DNA of 40,004 bases from assembly GCA_963753595.1 (NCBI GenBank), contig CAVWCX010000035.1:1-40004 (forward strand), given 5' to 3'. A program made the translations under genes and the position numbers. Under the pieces are notes generated by a model. The model was given only the letters and a program-made list of their open reading frames with translations, searched no databases and had not been told where the DNA came from. Every line of letters begins with the position of its first letter. Positions within the stretch are counted from its first letter, which is position 1. Positions 14,659 to 23,581 of the stretch are shown one piece after another. Origin of the DNA: Candidatus Methanoperedenaceae archaeon. GTDB taxonomy: Archaea > Halobacteriota > Methanosarcinia > Methanosarcinales > Methanoperedenaceae.

Positions 14659-15186
14659 ATGAATATTCTTAGTTATATAGAATCAGTGGACCATTCAATA
14701 TTCCTGGATGTAAATCTGGATATCATCAATTCTTTTTTTGATAGTTTTTTCCCTTTTTTAAGGGATTTTACTTATTTCTTCTGGTTATTCCTGGTCGTTT
14801 ATTTCTGGTTTAAAAAAGAAAAAAGACTGGCAATAATTTTGACAGCAGGGATAATTGCAGGAGCGGTTGTCACATATCCCATAAAATTCTTGATCGACAG
14901 GCAAAGACCTTATGAACAGCTTGATTCCGCAAGATTATTGACACCTTTTGAAAACGACCCATCTTTTCCGTCGGGACATACTGAAATGAGTTTTCTTGCA
15001 GCTACTATCGTATCACAATTCCATCCCCGCTATAGTAAATATCTTTATGCGTTTAGCCTTATCGTGGCTTTAAGCAGGATATATGTGGGAGTACATTTTC
15101 CGATAGATGTGGTCGGCGGGGCAATTGTGGGGATAGTTATCGGGAAATTAACTTTAAAAAGCAATTTATTTAAACCTGAAGGATGA
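14659..15186 (+). CDS. PAP2-family membrane phosphatase
   Basis: KxxxxRxRP, SFPSGH and SRIYVGVHFPxD motifs; hydrophobic helices. Confidence 0.93.
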   Translation: MNILSYIESVDHSIFLDVNLDIINSFFDSFFPFLRDFTYFFWLFLVVYFWFKKEKRLAIILTAGIIAGAVVTYPIKFLIDRQRPYEQLDSARLLTPFENDPSFPSGHTEMSFLAATIVSQFHPRYSKYLYAFSLIVALSRIYVGVHFPIDVVGGAIVGIVIGKLTLKSNLFKPEG

Positions 15187-16223
15187 ATACGATTTCAATG
15201 AGAACAATAGACTGGAATAACAATAACAACAATATTTCAATGATAGACCAGACCCTTCTGCCTGCGCAATTTAAAGTCATAGAATGCGCCACTTTAGATT
15301 CACTATGCGAAGCTATAAAATCACTTCGTGTCCGCGGCGCTCCTGCACTTGGGGCGGCGGGAGGTTTTGGTGTCGCTCTTGCTGCATTTAAAAGCAATGC
15401 AAGCTCATTGGATAGAATAATGGATGATATCCGCAATGCTGCAAATACTTTAATCGCCACAAGACCCACAGCAGTAAACCTTTCATGGGGGGTTAAACGC
15501 GTATTGGGGGCTTTAGAGGATGCAAAGAACATCAAAGAAATAAGAATGTTCGCGCTCGATGAGGCAAAAGCAATAGCTGATGAAGATGTGGAAAAAAACA
15601 TGCAGCTTGGGGAACATGGCGCTGACCTTCTTGAAGACGGGGATACCGTTTTGACACACTGCAACGCCGGAAGGCTTGCCTGCGTGGACTGGGGCACCGC
15701 ACTTGGTGTTATCAGGTCTGCCCGCGCCCAGGGAAAAGACATAAAAGTCATTTCCTGTGAGACACGACCTTTAAATCAGGGAAGCAGGATTACAACATGG
15801 GAATTAATGGAAGATAAGATCCCGGTAACTCTTATTACAGACAGTATGTCAGGTCATGTTATGCGAAAAGGCATGGTTGATAAAGTCATTGTGGGCGCAG
15901 ACAGGATCACACAGGATGCAGTGTTCAATAAGATCGGGACTTATACACATTCGGTCATCGCAAGAGAGCACGACGTGCCTTTCTATGTAGCGGCTCCTGT
16001 TTCAACGTTTGATTTTGAAAGGCTTGAAGATGATATCGAGATAGAACTAAGAAAACCTGAAGAACTGAAGTATTTTGGGAAGTACCAGATAGCCCCTCTT
16101 GGAGTAAATGTTTATAATCCGGCCTTTGATGCGACCCCCATGGAGAACGTTACTGCGCTTATCACAGAAAACGGGGTTTTTTATCCGCCTTTCCTCCTCG
16201 ATGAAGTCAAGATACATACCTGA
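15183..16223 (+). CDS. mtnA: methylthioribose-1-phosphate isomerase (eIF-2B alpha/beta/delta family)
   Basis: VRGAPALG, TRPTAVNL, LTHCNAGxLA, ETRPxNQGSRxT, NKIGTY, NPAFDxTP. Confidence 0.9.
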   Translation: MNTISMRTIDWNNNNNNISMIDQTLLPAQFKVIECATLDSLCEAIKSLRVRGAPALGAAGGFGVALAAFKSNASSLDRIMDDIRNAANTLIATRPTAVNLSWGVKRVLGALEDAKNIKEIRMFALDEAKAIADEDVEKNMQLGEHGADLLEDGDTVLTHCNAGRLACVDWGTALGVIRSARAQGKDIKVISCETRPLNQGSRITTWELMEDKIPVTLITDSMSGHVMRKGMVDKVIVGADRITQDAVFNKIGTYTHSVIAREHDVPFYVAAPVSTFDFERLEDDIEIELRKPEELKYFGKYQIAPLGVNVYNPAFDATPMENVTALITENGVFYPPFLLDEVKIHT

Positions 16224-16230
16224 TCATTTC

Positions 16231-16249
16231 TGTGACATATAATGTCTCA
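16231..16249. promoter_or_regulatory. palindromic operator-like site TGTGACAT-N3-ATGTCTCA
   Basis: 7/8 inverted repeat upstream of the roadblock gene; a related site lies at 39902-39920. Confidence 0.4.
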
Positions 16250-16334
16250 AAAAATAAACTTTAATAAGCAAATACTTTAAGACAGACCCGAAAGGGTTAT
16301 AACATCAAAGGTATATGATTTATTGGGGCAATAT

Positions 16335-16700
16335 ATGACAGAAGGAAAAATGTCGGATGTTTACAATAAAGTCCTTTTAGACCTGAAGAAAATGAATGGG
16401 GTGAAAATGATCGCACTTGCAGGTCGTGATGGTTATCTTATCGGTGAACATGCCAGCGAAGGATCAGAAATGCTTACCATGATGTCAGCGAACATGCTGC
16501 GGGCTGCTGAAACGGTTACTAATAAGCTTGAAAAAATAAATCCCAACCGTGTGATAGTCGATTATAATGGCGGAAAGCTGATTACGACATCAGCAGGTTC
16601 AAAAGCGTTGATCTCTGTTATGGCGACAAATGATGCAAATCTTGATCCCATCATAAAGGAAATGGAAAAGACAGCAGGTAAAATTAAAGAGATCCTTTAA
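16335..16700 (+). CDS. roadblock/LC7 (MglB-like) domain protein
   Basis: L..L....GV...L.GRDG.LI pattern, about 120 aa. ATG at 16335 or 16350 preferred over TTG at 16323. Confidence 0.85.
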   Translation: MTEGKMSDVYNKVLLDLKKMNGVKMIALAGRDGYLIGEHASEGSEMLTMMSANMLRAAETVTNKLEKINPNRVIVDYNGGKLITTSAGSKALISVMATNDANLDPIIKEMEKTAGKIKEIL

Positions 16701-16741
16701 ATATACATAAAAGTTAAGTTCAAAAGATATGTATTAGTAGC

Positions 16742-17914
16742 ATGGCCATTTCAATAGCTCTTGCTGGGAAACCAAACTCAGGGAAATCAACATTTTTTAA
16801 AGCTGCGACCCTTGCGAATGTTGAGATCGCAAATTATCCTTTTACAACTATAGATGCGAATCATGGTGTGGGATATGTAAGGACACCATGCCCGTGCAGG
16901 GAATTGAAACTCGATTGCGGTAATTGCCGTGAGGGTGCAAGGTTCGTGCCGATCGAAATGATCGATGTGGCAGGTCTTGTTCCTGATGCCCATAAGGGGC
17001 GGGGACTTGGAAATGAATTTCTTGATAATCTTCGGCAGGCAAAGGCTATAATCCATGTAATAGATGCATCGGGAGGCACTGATATTGAAGGCAATCCCGT
17101 TACTGTGGGTTCGCATGACCCGCTCGGGGATATAGAATTCCTTGAACATGAGATTACAATGTGGATGGCCGGCATCCTGAAGCGCAATTGGGAGAGGCTT
17201 TCAAGAAAGGTAAATGCGGAAGGTTTAAAGATCGAAGAAACTATCGCAGCACAACTTGAAGGTGCGGGAATTACCGAAGCACACGTCAGGACCATTCTTT
17301 CAAGAATTAAACTTCCGCGCGATAAGCCCCAGGTCTGGACAGAAGAGCAGATAATCGAGCTTTCAGACATGCTCCGTGCTGAAAGTAAGCCGCTCATAAT
17401 TGCTGCCAACAAAATTGATATTGCTTCAAAGGAAAATATCGAGAGCCTTGTGAAAAAGGGAGCTATACCGGTAAGCGGGGCAACAGAAGTTGTGCTTCGC
17501 CTTGCCGATAAGAGCAATGCAGTAAAATACATTCCCGGAGATACTGATTTTGTTGAATCGCCAAACCTTTCCAGCGCCCAGAAAGAAGCGCTTTCAAAGA
17601 TCCGCCTGCTTTTGAAGACAAATGGCGGCACAGGCATCCAGAAATGCCTCAATGAAACGGTTTTTAAGCTTCTTGAAATGATCGTTGTTTACCCTGTGGA
17701 AGATGAGAACAGGTTCACAGATAAGAAGGGAAGAATACTTCCCGATGCATTCCTTATGAAAAAAGGCAGTACTCCAAAAGACCTTGCCTTCATGATACAT
17801 ACGGATATCGGAAAGAGTTTCCTCCATGCAGTAGATGCGCGCACCAAAATGAGGCTTGGGGAGAAACACGAGTTGAAGAATGGGGATATCGTAAAGATAG
17901 TGTCTATAAAATAA
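16742..17914 (+). CDS. ychF: archaeal YchF/Obg-family ATPase with TGS domain
   Basis: GKPNSGKST, ANYPFTTI, DVAGLVPDAHKGRGLGNEFL, ANKID, and C-terminal HTDIG TGS domain. Confidence 0.92.
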   Translation: MAISIALAGKPNSGKSTFFKAATLANVEIANYPFTTIDANHGVGYVRTPCPCRELKLDCGNCREGARFVPIEMIDVAGLVPDAHKGRGLGNEFLDNLRQAKAIIHVIDASGGTDIEGNPVTVGSHDPLGDIEFLEHEITMWMAGILKRNWERLSRKVNAEGLKIEETIAAQLEGAGITEAHVRTILSRIKLPRDKPQVWTEEQIIELSDMLRAESKPLIIAANKIDIASKENIESLVKKGAIPVSGATEVVLRLADKSNAVKYIPGDTDFVESPNLSSAQKEALSKIRLLLKTNGGTGIQKCLNETVFKLLEMIVVYPVEDENRFTDKKGRILPDAFLMKKGSTPKDLAFMIHTDIGKSFLHAVDARTKMRLGEKHELKNGDIVKIVSIK

Positions 17915-17920
17915 TTAAGC

Positions 17921-17960
17921 AAATAGTTGAAACACGATTATACTAATCAAGGTTCAACTA
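17921..17960. repeat. 40-bp palindromic repeat, copy downstream of the ATPase gene
   Basis: AAATAGTTGAAACACGATTATACTAATCAAGGTTCAACTA; 34/40 identical to 19365-19404; internal TAGTTGAA...TTCAACTA dyad. Confidence 0.8.
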
Positions 17961-19379
17961 ATCTTTACTATAATTGTTCCCAAAAATTTTTCTCAAATCT
18001 CCAATATCAAAAAGCAATACCCCATTGCTTAATGCATATTCCTGTGCAGTCGATGTAAAACCCGATTTTGAAATTACTATATAGCAGTTCTGTCTTGTTT
18101 TATTGAACCAATCTACGAACATTGCTTTTTCCCGGAGTTCTTTCAACACATCCACCCCTACTTTTGGCGTTTGCCATTTGCATTCACAAAAGCACATTTC
18201 TTTTGTATCTTCATTCATGGAAATAATATCTATCTCATGATCTTTATGCCACCATCCGCCAATTGTCTTAAATTTGAAAGGAAGACGCCCATTGTTGTTC
18301 AGTTCGATCAGGGCTTCCATGCATATTTTCTCGAATTTTCTTCCCATAAAAGAATTGAGATCTTTTTGAATAAGAGCCATCAACTGATTTATTTCTCCTC
18401 TTTCAATTTCTGACCTGTTAGGATAAATAAATCTGAACCAGAATGAAAAGAAATTATCCCCTAACCTATATCTTGTATCCCTCGCCCTTTCTTTGACCGA
18501 AGTAACCGGGTAGATCTTTTCAATAATGTGAAGCTGGGCAAGGTTATCCAGGTATTTTGATACAAGGGTCTTATCGAGTTGGGTGTAATTTACGATTTCT
18601 GTGAATCTGGCATTTCCAAAGCTTATAGATTTTAAAATGAAGAAATAATTCCTGGGTTCACGTAATTCCTCTTTCAAAAGGAATTCAGGCTCAATATTCA
18701 GGATGTTACCTTTTTCTATTATTTTTTCTTTGATATTTTCCATTATTGATTTTGTGTCATCAAATTGTTTCAGGTAGAGAGGTATCCCGTCGAGTATGGA
18801 ATAAGCTTCTATCTGTTGTTCCAGGCTAAAATTTGGCAAAAATTCAACAGCATCCCTGAATTTCATCATTTCGACTTTCCACTGGCCTGTTCTTCTGCCA
18901 TACAGTGGATTCTTATAACCCATGAGGTTTTCCATCATTGAAATGGATGAGCCGCATAATATCATGAAAACGTTTGTTTTTGAAATAATCTCATCCCATA
19001 GCTTCTGGTAAATAGATGGAATCGCATTATTTGATTCCATAAGGTACTGGAACTCGTCTATTACAAAAACAACTCTCTCACTGGTTCTTTTAGTAAATTC
19101 GGAAAATAATTCGAAATAATCCCTGAACTGCACTTTTTCAAAAAGAGAGTCTTTAAGATAAACAGCCATACTTTTCTGCATAAGCCTTATGTTTTCCCTT
19201 TCGATCTGCCTGTCAGCCATGAAATAAACTGAAGGCTTATTTTTGATGAACTCTTTGATAAGCTCGGTTTTCCCCACACGCCGCCTACCGTAGAGGATTA
19301 TGAATTCAGGATCTTTGGAAACATATCTGTTATTGAGAAATTTGAGTTCTTCCTTGCGATTGATAAATTGTTGAAACAC
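17958..19379 (-). CDS. archaeal AAA ATPase (ATPase_2) with wHTH and DUF234 PD-(D/E)XK-like C-terminus
   Basis: FINRxxEL start, Walker A GRRRVGKT, Walker B VIDEFQ, ILCGSS, PLYGRRT, EIDI...ECKW. Confidence 0.92.
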   Translation of the reverse strand: MFQQFINRKEELKFLNNRYVSKDPEFIILYGRRRVGKTELIKEFIKNKPSVYFMADRQIERENIRLMQKSMAVYLKDSLFEKVQFRDYFELFSEFTKRTSERVVFVIDEFQYLMESNNAIPSIYQKLWDEIISKTNVFMILCGSSISMMENLMGYKNPLYGRRTGQWKVEMMKFRDAVEFLPNFSLEQQIEAYSILDGIPLYLKQFDDTKSIMENIKEKIIEKGNILNIEPEFLLKEELREPRNYFFILKSISFGNARFTEIVNYTQLDKTLVSKYLDNLAQLHIIEKIYPVTSVKERARDTRYRLGDNFFSFWFRFIYPNRSEIERGEINQLMALIQKDLNSFMGRKFEKICMEALIELNNNGRLPFKFKTIGGWWHKDHEIDIISMNEDTKEMCFCECKWQTPKVGVDVLKELREKAMFVDWFNKTRQNCYIVISKSGFTSTAQEYALSNGVLLFDIGDLRKIFGNNYSKD

Positions 19380-19404
19380 GATTATTATAATGTAGATTCA
19401 ACTA
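19365..19404. repeat. 40-bp palindromic repeat, copy overlapping the ATPase start codon
   Basis: AAATTGTTGAAACACGATTATTATAATGTAGATTCAACTA; matches 17921-17960. Confidence 0.8.
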
Positions 19405-19447
19405 TTTATTAATTACCCTTAAATATCCCCCGAACCAACAAACAACC

Positions 19448-20176
19448 ATGCATCTTGAAGAAATTATCCAGCTGCTTGAAACCATCGCACCACCTTCACT
19501 TGCCGAAGATTTCGATAACGGTAGAATAGGACTTGTGCTTGACAGGAAAAACGATCTCAAAAATATCGCAGTCGCACTTGACCCTACCGATCTGGTTCTT
19601 AAAGAAGCCGCACGCATCGGCGCTGATCTCCTCATAACCCACCACACGTTGATATTTGACCCCATAAATCTTATTTCCAAACGCCTGTCAGATACCCTGA
19701 AAATTGCGATCGATAACGATATTTCTATCTACACGATGCACACGAATTACGACAAAGCACAGGGCGGCGTGAATGATGTGCTTGCCGGATTACTGGGATT
19801 GAAGAATACCGTTCCACTTGCGCTGGGAAGGATCGGAGAGATAGAACAAATGAAAGCGCCTGCATTCGCAGCTTTTATCGCAAAAAAGCTGGATACTCAT
19901 GTCCAGTATAAAGGAGATGGCCAGATAAAGAAGGTCATGGTGGTCGGAGGAAGCGGTTTCAGGCGCGAATACATCGATATAGCATTCGAGAACGATGTTG
20001 ATGCCCTTGTTTCAGGGGAAATGCGCCATGATGCGATACGGTATGCGCAAGGTTTATGCCTTTTTGATGCAACCCATTATGCAACAGAAGCGCCAGCGAT
20101 GAGAAAATTGTGTGAGAGGCTGCCAGAGGGATCTGTTTTCATAGAGGATAAGCCAAAAATATTCTGTTTTCCCTGA
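19448..20176 (+). CDS. Nif3/DUF34 dinuclear metal-centre protein (full length)
   Basis: APxxLAExxD, VALD, LITHH, HTNYD, GGSG, HYATE motifs. Confidence 0.93.
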   Translation: MHLEEIIQLLETIAPPSLAEDFDNGRIGLVLDRKNDLKNIAVALDPTDLVLKEAARIGADLLITHHTLIFDPINLISKRLSDTLKIAIDNDISIYTMHTNYDKAQGGVNDVLAGLLGLKNTVPLALGRIGEIEQMKAPAFAAFIAKKLDTHVQYKGDGQIKKVMVVGGSGFRREYIDIAFENDVDALVSGEMRHDAIRYAQGLCLFDATHYATEAPAMRKLCERLPEGSVFIEDKPKIFCFP

Positions 20177-20351
20177 ATCGGTAATGGATAAATTAGGGGC
20201 GCTCTTGAAGGATGCAGAGATACATGGGGTAAATTCGATAGATAGATTAATCCATTTGCCATTACATATATATGAAATATTATGGAAATGGCAATTGCAT
20301 GGGCTTTAGAAAATAAAGAAGCAATATATTTTGACCATTGTGGAAAATAAT

Positions 20352-20573
20352 ATGAAAAGAGAATTCACCATAATAATCGAGCAGGATGAAGATGGCATTT
20401 ATGTAGCATCTGCGCCCGAGCTTGAAGGATGCCATACACAGGCAAAAACTCTGGATGAACTGAGAGAAAGGATAAAAGAAGCGATACAACTTTATTTAGA
20501 AGTCGAATCCGATATCATCAAAGAAGTGCCGTTAGAATTCGTGGGCATCCAGAAAGTCGAGGTCGCAGTCTGA
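20352..20573 (+). CDS. hicB: HicB-like antitoxin (short, RNase H-like domain only)
   Basis: FTIIIEQDEDGxYVAxxPELxGCHTQAxTLDELxERIKEAI; ATG at 20352. Confidence 0.9.
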   Translation: MKREFTIIIEQDEDGIYVASAPELEGCHTQAKTLDELRERIKEAIQLYLEVESDIIKEVPLEFVGIQKVEVAV

Positions 20574-20807
20574 ATGGATAAAATCAATCCTCTTCCTGCT
20601 AAAAAAGTAATAAAAGCGCTTGAGAAGATTGGTTTTCAGCAGATTAGACAAAAAGGAAGCCATTTGTTCATGCGCCATCCTGATGGGAGAACTACATTAA
20701 TCACTATGCATCCCGGTGAAGATATTGGTAAAGGGATGATAAGAAAAATAATAAATGATGCAAGGATTACGAGAGAAGAGTGGCTTGAATTGATGGAAAC
20801 TGTATAG
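20574..20807 (+). CDS. hicA: HicA mRNA interferase toxin
   Basis: L..GF...RQKGSH motif, HP...G...KI; abuts hicB. Confidence 0.92.
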   Translation: MDKINPLPAKKVIKALEKIGFQQIRQKGSHLFMRHPDGRTTLITMHPGEDIGKGMIRKIINDARITREEWLELMETV

Positions 20808-20823
20808 CTGTTTTATTTCCGTG

Positions 20824-21337
20824 CTTATTTCCAAACGCCTGTCAGATACCCTGAAAATTGCGATCGATAACGATATTTCTATCTACACGATGCACACGAA
20901 TTACGACAAAGCACAGGGCGACGTGAATGATGTGCTTGCCGGATTACTGGGATTGAAGAATATCGTTCCACTTGCGCTGGGAAGGATCGGAGAAATAGAA
21001 CCAATGAAAGCGCCTGCATTTGCAGCTTTTATCGCAAAAAAGCTGGATACTCATGTCCAGTATAAAGGAGATGGCCAGATAAAGAAGGTCATGGTGGTCG
21101 GAGGAAGCGGTTTCAGGCGCGAATACATCGATATAGCATTCGAGAACGATGTTGATGCCCTTGTTTCAGGGGAAATGCGACATGATGCGATACGGTATGC
21201 GCAAGGGTTATGCCTTTTTGATGCGACCCATTATGGAACTGAGACGCCGGCGATGAGAAAATTGTGTGAGAGGCTGCCTGCTGGGTCTGTTTTCATAGAG
21301 GATAAGCCAAAAATATTCTGTTTTCCCTGAATCGGTA
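20824..21337 (+). pseudogene. 5'-truncated duplicate of nif3 (copy 2, 514 bp)
   Basis: Colinear with 19670-20183, about 17 substitutions by eye; lacks the N-terminal part including the THH metal ligands. Confidence 0.92.
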
Positions 21338-21421
21338 TCAATAGATGATATGATTAAAAAGAGTATTTGCGCTGCGTTCTCCCATATGGACGTTGATCAA
21401 ACTTAAAGTTCAAAATGGCAG

Positions 21422-21634
21422 CTACTTCTCACTAATTGCTTTTGACAAAATATACAATCCAACCAGGATTAACCCAAACTTGATTAATTCATCCAGAGAG
21501 TTATCCTTAGCTGAAGGATTTTCTTTTGCGATTAAATCACGCAATGCATATTCTTCATTGATTGTCAGATGGTTCAATCTGAATTTACCTAAGAGATATT
21601 CCATCCTTTCGACTTCTTGAGGAGTCAGGTTCAT
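21422..21634 (-). CDS. small hypothetical protein with C-terminal transmembrane helix
   Basis: 70 aa, ATGA overlap with the upstream HTH gene, hydrophobic LIKFGLILVGLYILSKAI. Confidence 0.7.
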   Translation of the reverse strand: MNLTPQEVERMEYLLGKFRLNHLTINEEYALRDLIAKENPSAKDNSLDELIKFGLILVGLYILSKAISEK

Positions 21635-22071
21635 TTGATCGCCTCTTTGAAAACTTTCTCTGATTGCTTTATCCCGACTTTTAACGCCACTCTTTTTAAT
21701 GATTCAAGTGGTTCTTCGACCAGACGAGGAATAGCAAGCGTATCCATTAATTTATCGAGTAGATCCTCTCCAAACTCTGTAAGGTCATAAAATGAATGAC
21801 TGTCTACACCTTCTTTTTTAGCATATTTATTTTTGATTAGTGCTCCTTTTTCAAGTATTTTTAGATGATGAGATAGAATACTGCTATCTTTACGAGGTAT
21901 TTCTAATTCGGTCATTATTTGAGTGAAAGATAGTTCTCCATTTTTTAGAAGGACAAAAAAAATTGCCTGTCTAAGATCGTCATCCAAAGCTTCTACCGCT
22001 CGCTTAAGCTCTGACGGCAGTTCGTCTGCATACTCTTTAATTTTTTCATTCGTGTATGTTCCCATTAGCAT
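21631..22071 (-). CDS. ArsR-like winged-HTH protein
   Basis: AL..xxR..I..L....LSFTQI...LSHHLKILEKGALI...YDLTEFG. Confidence 0.8.
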   Translation of the reverse strand: MLMGTYTNEKIKEYADELPSELKRAVEALDDDLRQAIFFVLLKNGELSFTQIMTELEIPRKDSSILSHHLKILEKGALIKNKYAKKEGVDSHSFYDLTEFGEDLLDKLMDTLAIPRLVEEPLESLKRVALKVGIKQSEKVFKEAIK

Positions 22072-22166
22072 TCTCTCTAAGATATATGAGTATAATACTG
22101 TTTACTTAAGTATATTAATTTCTACTAATGTAAAAGCTTATCTATCGAATCTTCTTTAAAAGGAAT

Positions 22167-22722
22167 GTGATCATAAACGAGGATTCAAAAAAGATTCGAT
22201 GAATTTCGAGCGAAGAAAAAAGAATCAATTCTTGCATATAAAGATAAGATTAACATTGTTATCTATGGCGCATATAATCCTCCCGCTGATGAAAAACATT
22301 CGGGGGAAAAAGAACGGCTGATAAAACTTCGGGATCGCTTGAGAGAGGATGGATATACAAATACCGCAATTGTTGAAGATTTACCCGGTGCAGTCCTTGA
22401 AAAAAGTTTAGATTGTTTGGAAATGGCCGATTTAAACATCCTTGTCTTTACATGCAGAGGGAAAACAGGGAGTGTAGCAAGAGAATTGATACACGCTATT
22501 GAAGATCCGGTGATACTCTGGAAATGCAGAATTTTTGAAGAGATTGATAAACGGATACCAGCAATGGAGACTCTATTAAAGGAAGAACTCTCGTTACAAA
22601 GATACTCAGTTACCCAAGTCAAAAGGGAAGATGATAACGATCTTTATGAGCATGTTTCGAGTGATGTATTTCAGTTCCTAAGAAAAAATATTCAAATATT
22701 CGTATCTCGCAAAAGGACCTAA
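22167..22722 (+). CDS. TIR/nucleoside-deoxyribosyltransferase-like protein; probable +1 frameshift near the start
   Basis: The frame is open from 22177 (well upstream of the ORF-track start at 22339) and includes IVIYGAY...RLxxLRDRLRxxGY...VED...AD.NILVF...GSVAREL. GTG at 22167 joins it if the A6 run at 22187-22192 were A5. Confidence 0.55.
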
Positions 22723-22775
22723 TCTTAGCAGATTGACTTTAACGGTTACGTCACTTCTTGGGGGAATCTTCACTT

Positions 22776-23189
22776 GTGAATGATGTGCTTGCCGGATTAC
22801 TGGGATTGAACAATACCGTCCTCTTCCATTGGGAAGGATCGGTGAAATAGAACCAATGAAGGCGCCTGCATTTGCAGCTTTTATCGCAAAAAAGCTGGAT
22901 ACTCATGTCCAGTATAAAGAAGATGGCCAGATAAAGAAGGTCATGGTGGTCGGAGGAAGCGGTTTCAGGCGCGAATACATCGATATCGCATTCGAGAACG
23001 AAGTCGATGCCCTTGTTTCAGGGGAGATGCGCCACGATGCGATAAGGTATGCGCAAGGTTTATGCCTTTTTGATGCAACCCATTATGCAACAGAAGCGCC
23101 AGCGATGAGAAAATTGTGTGAGAGGTTGCCAGAGGGATCTGTTTTCATAGAGGATAAGCCAAAAATATTCTGTTTTCCCTGAATCGGTA
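22776..23189 (+). pseudogene. 5'-truncated duplicate of nif3 (copy 3, 414 bp)
   Basis: Colinear with 19769-20183 with a 1-bp deletion near 22820; about 20 differences by eye. Confidence 0.92.
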
Positions 23190-23220
23190 TCAATAGATGG
23201 GATGATTAAAAAGAGTATTT

Positions 23221-23388
23221 TTGCAGCGCTGTAGTGCCCTTTTTGAGAATGGAAAGATACGCATACGAGTGGATATTACTGGGCTGATTGATGAACTATG
23301 CCTTTTTCCAGATGGTGAACATGACGATACCTTCGACGCTTTGGATTTTGCATTATCAGCGAGCGAAGAATGTGAAACGATCAACTGA
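23221..23388 (+). pseudogene. C-terminal fragment of a viral terminase large subunit
   Basis: Manual translation LQRCSALFENGKIRIR...LIDELCLFPDGEHDDTFDALDFAL carries the EL..FP.G.HDD..DA nuclease motif; no ATPase domain. Confidence 0.7.
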
Positions 23389-23581
23389 GTCTTTTTGAGT
23401 AGGATTGAAAATCGAGTAGTTTATTGCAATTAATAAGCGAGCTCGTTTCAATTCGTGTTGGTAGTTATCCTGATGTGTTGCACATTGATTGACCTAAAAC
23501 CAAGCTTTATTTCGCATATGCTTTCATTGTATAACTTTGATAATTATGCATGATACAATATATTATTCATAGTATTTTCGT

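Noticed and set aside
19670-23189. nif3 copies as a DGR template/variable repeat pair
   Set aside because: Differences include many non-adenine positions, are mostly third-codon, and no reverse transcriptase is in the window.
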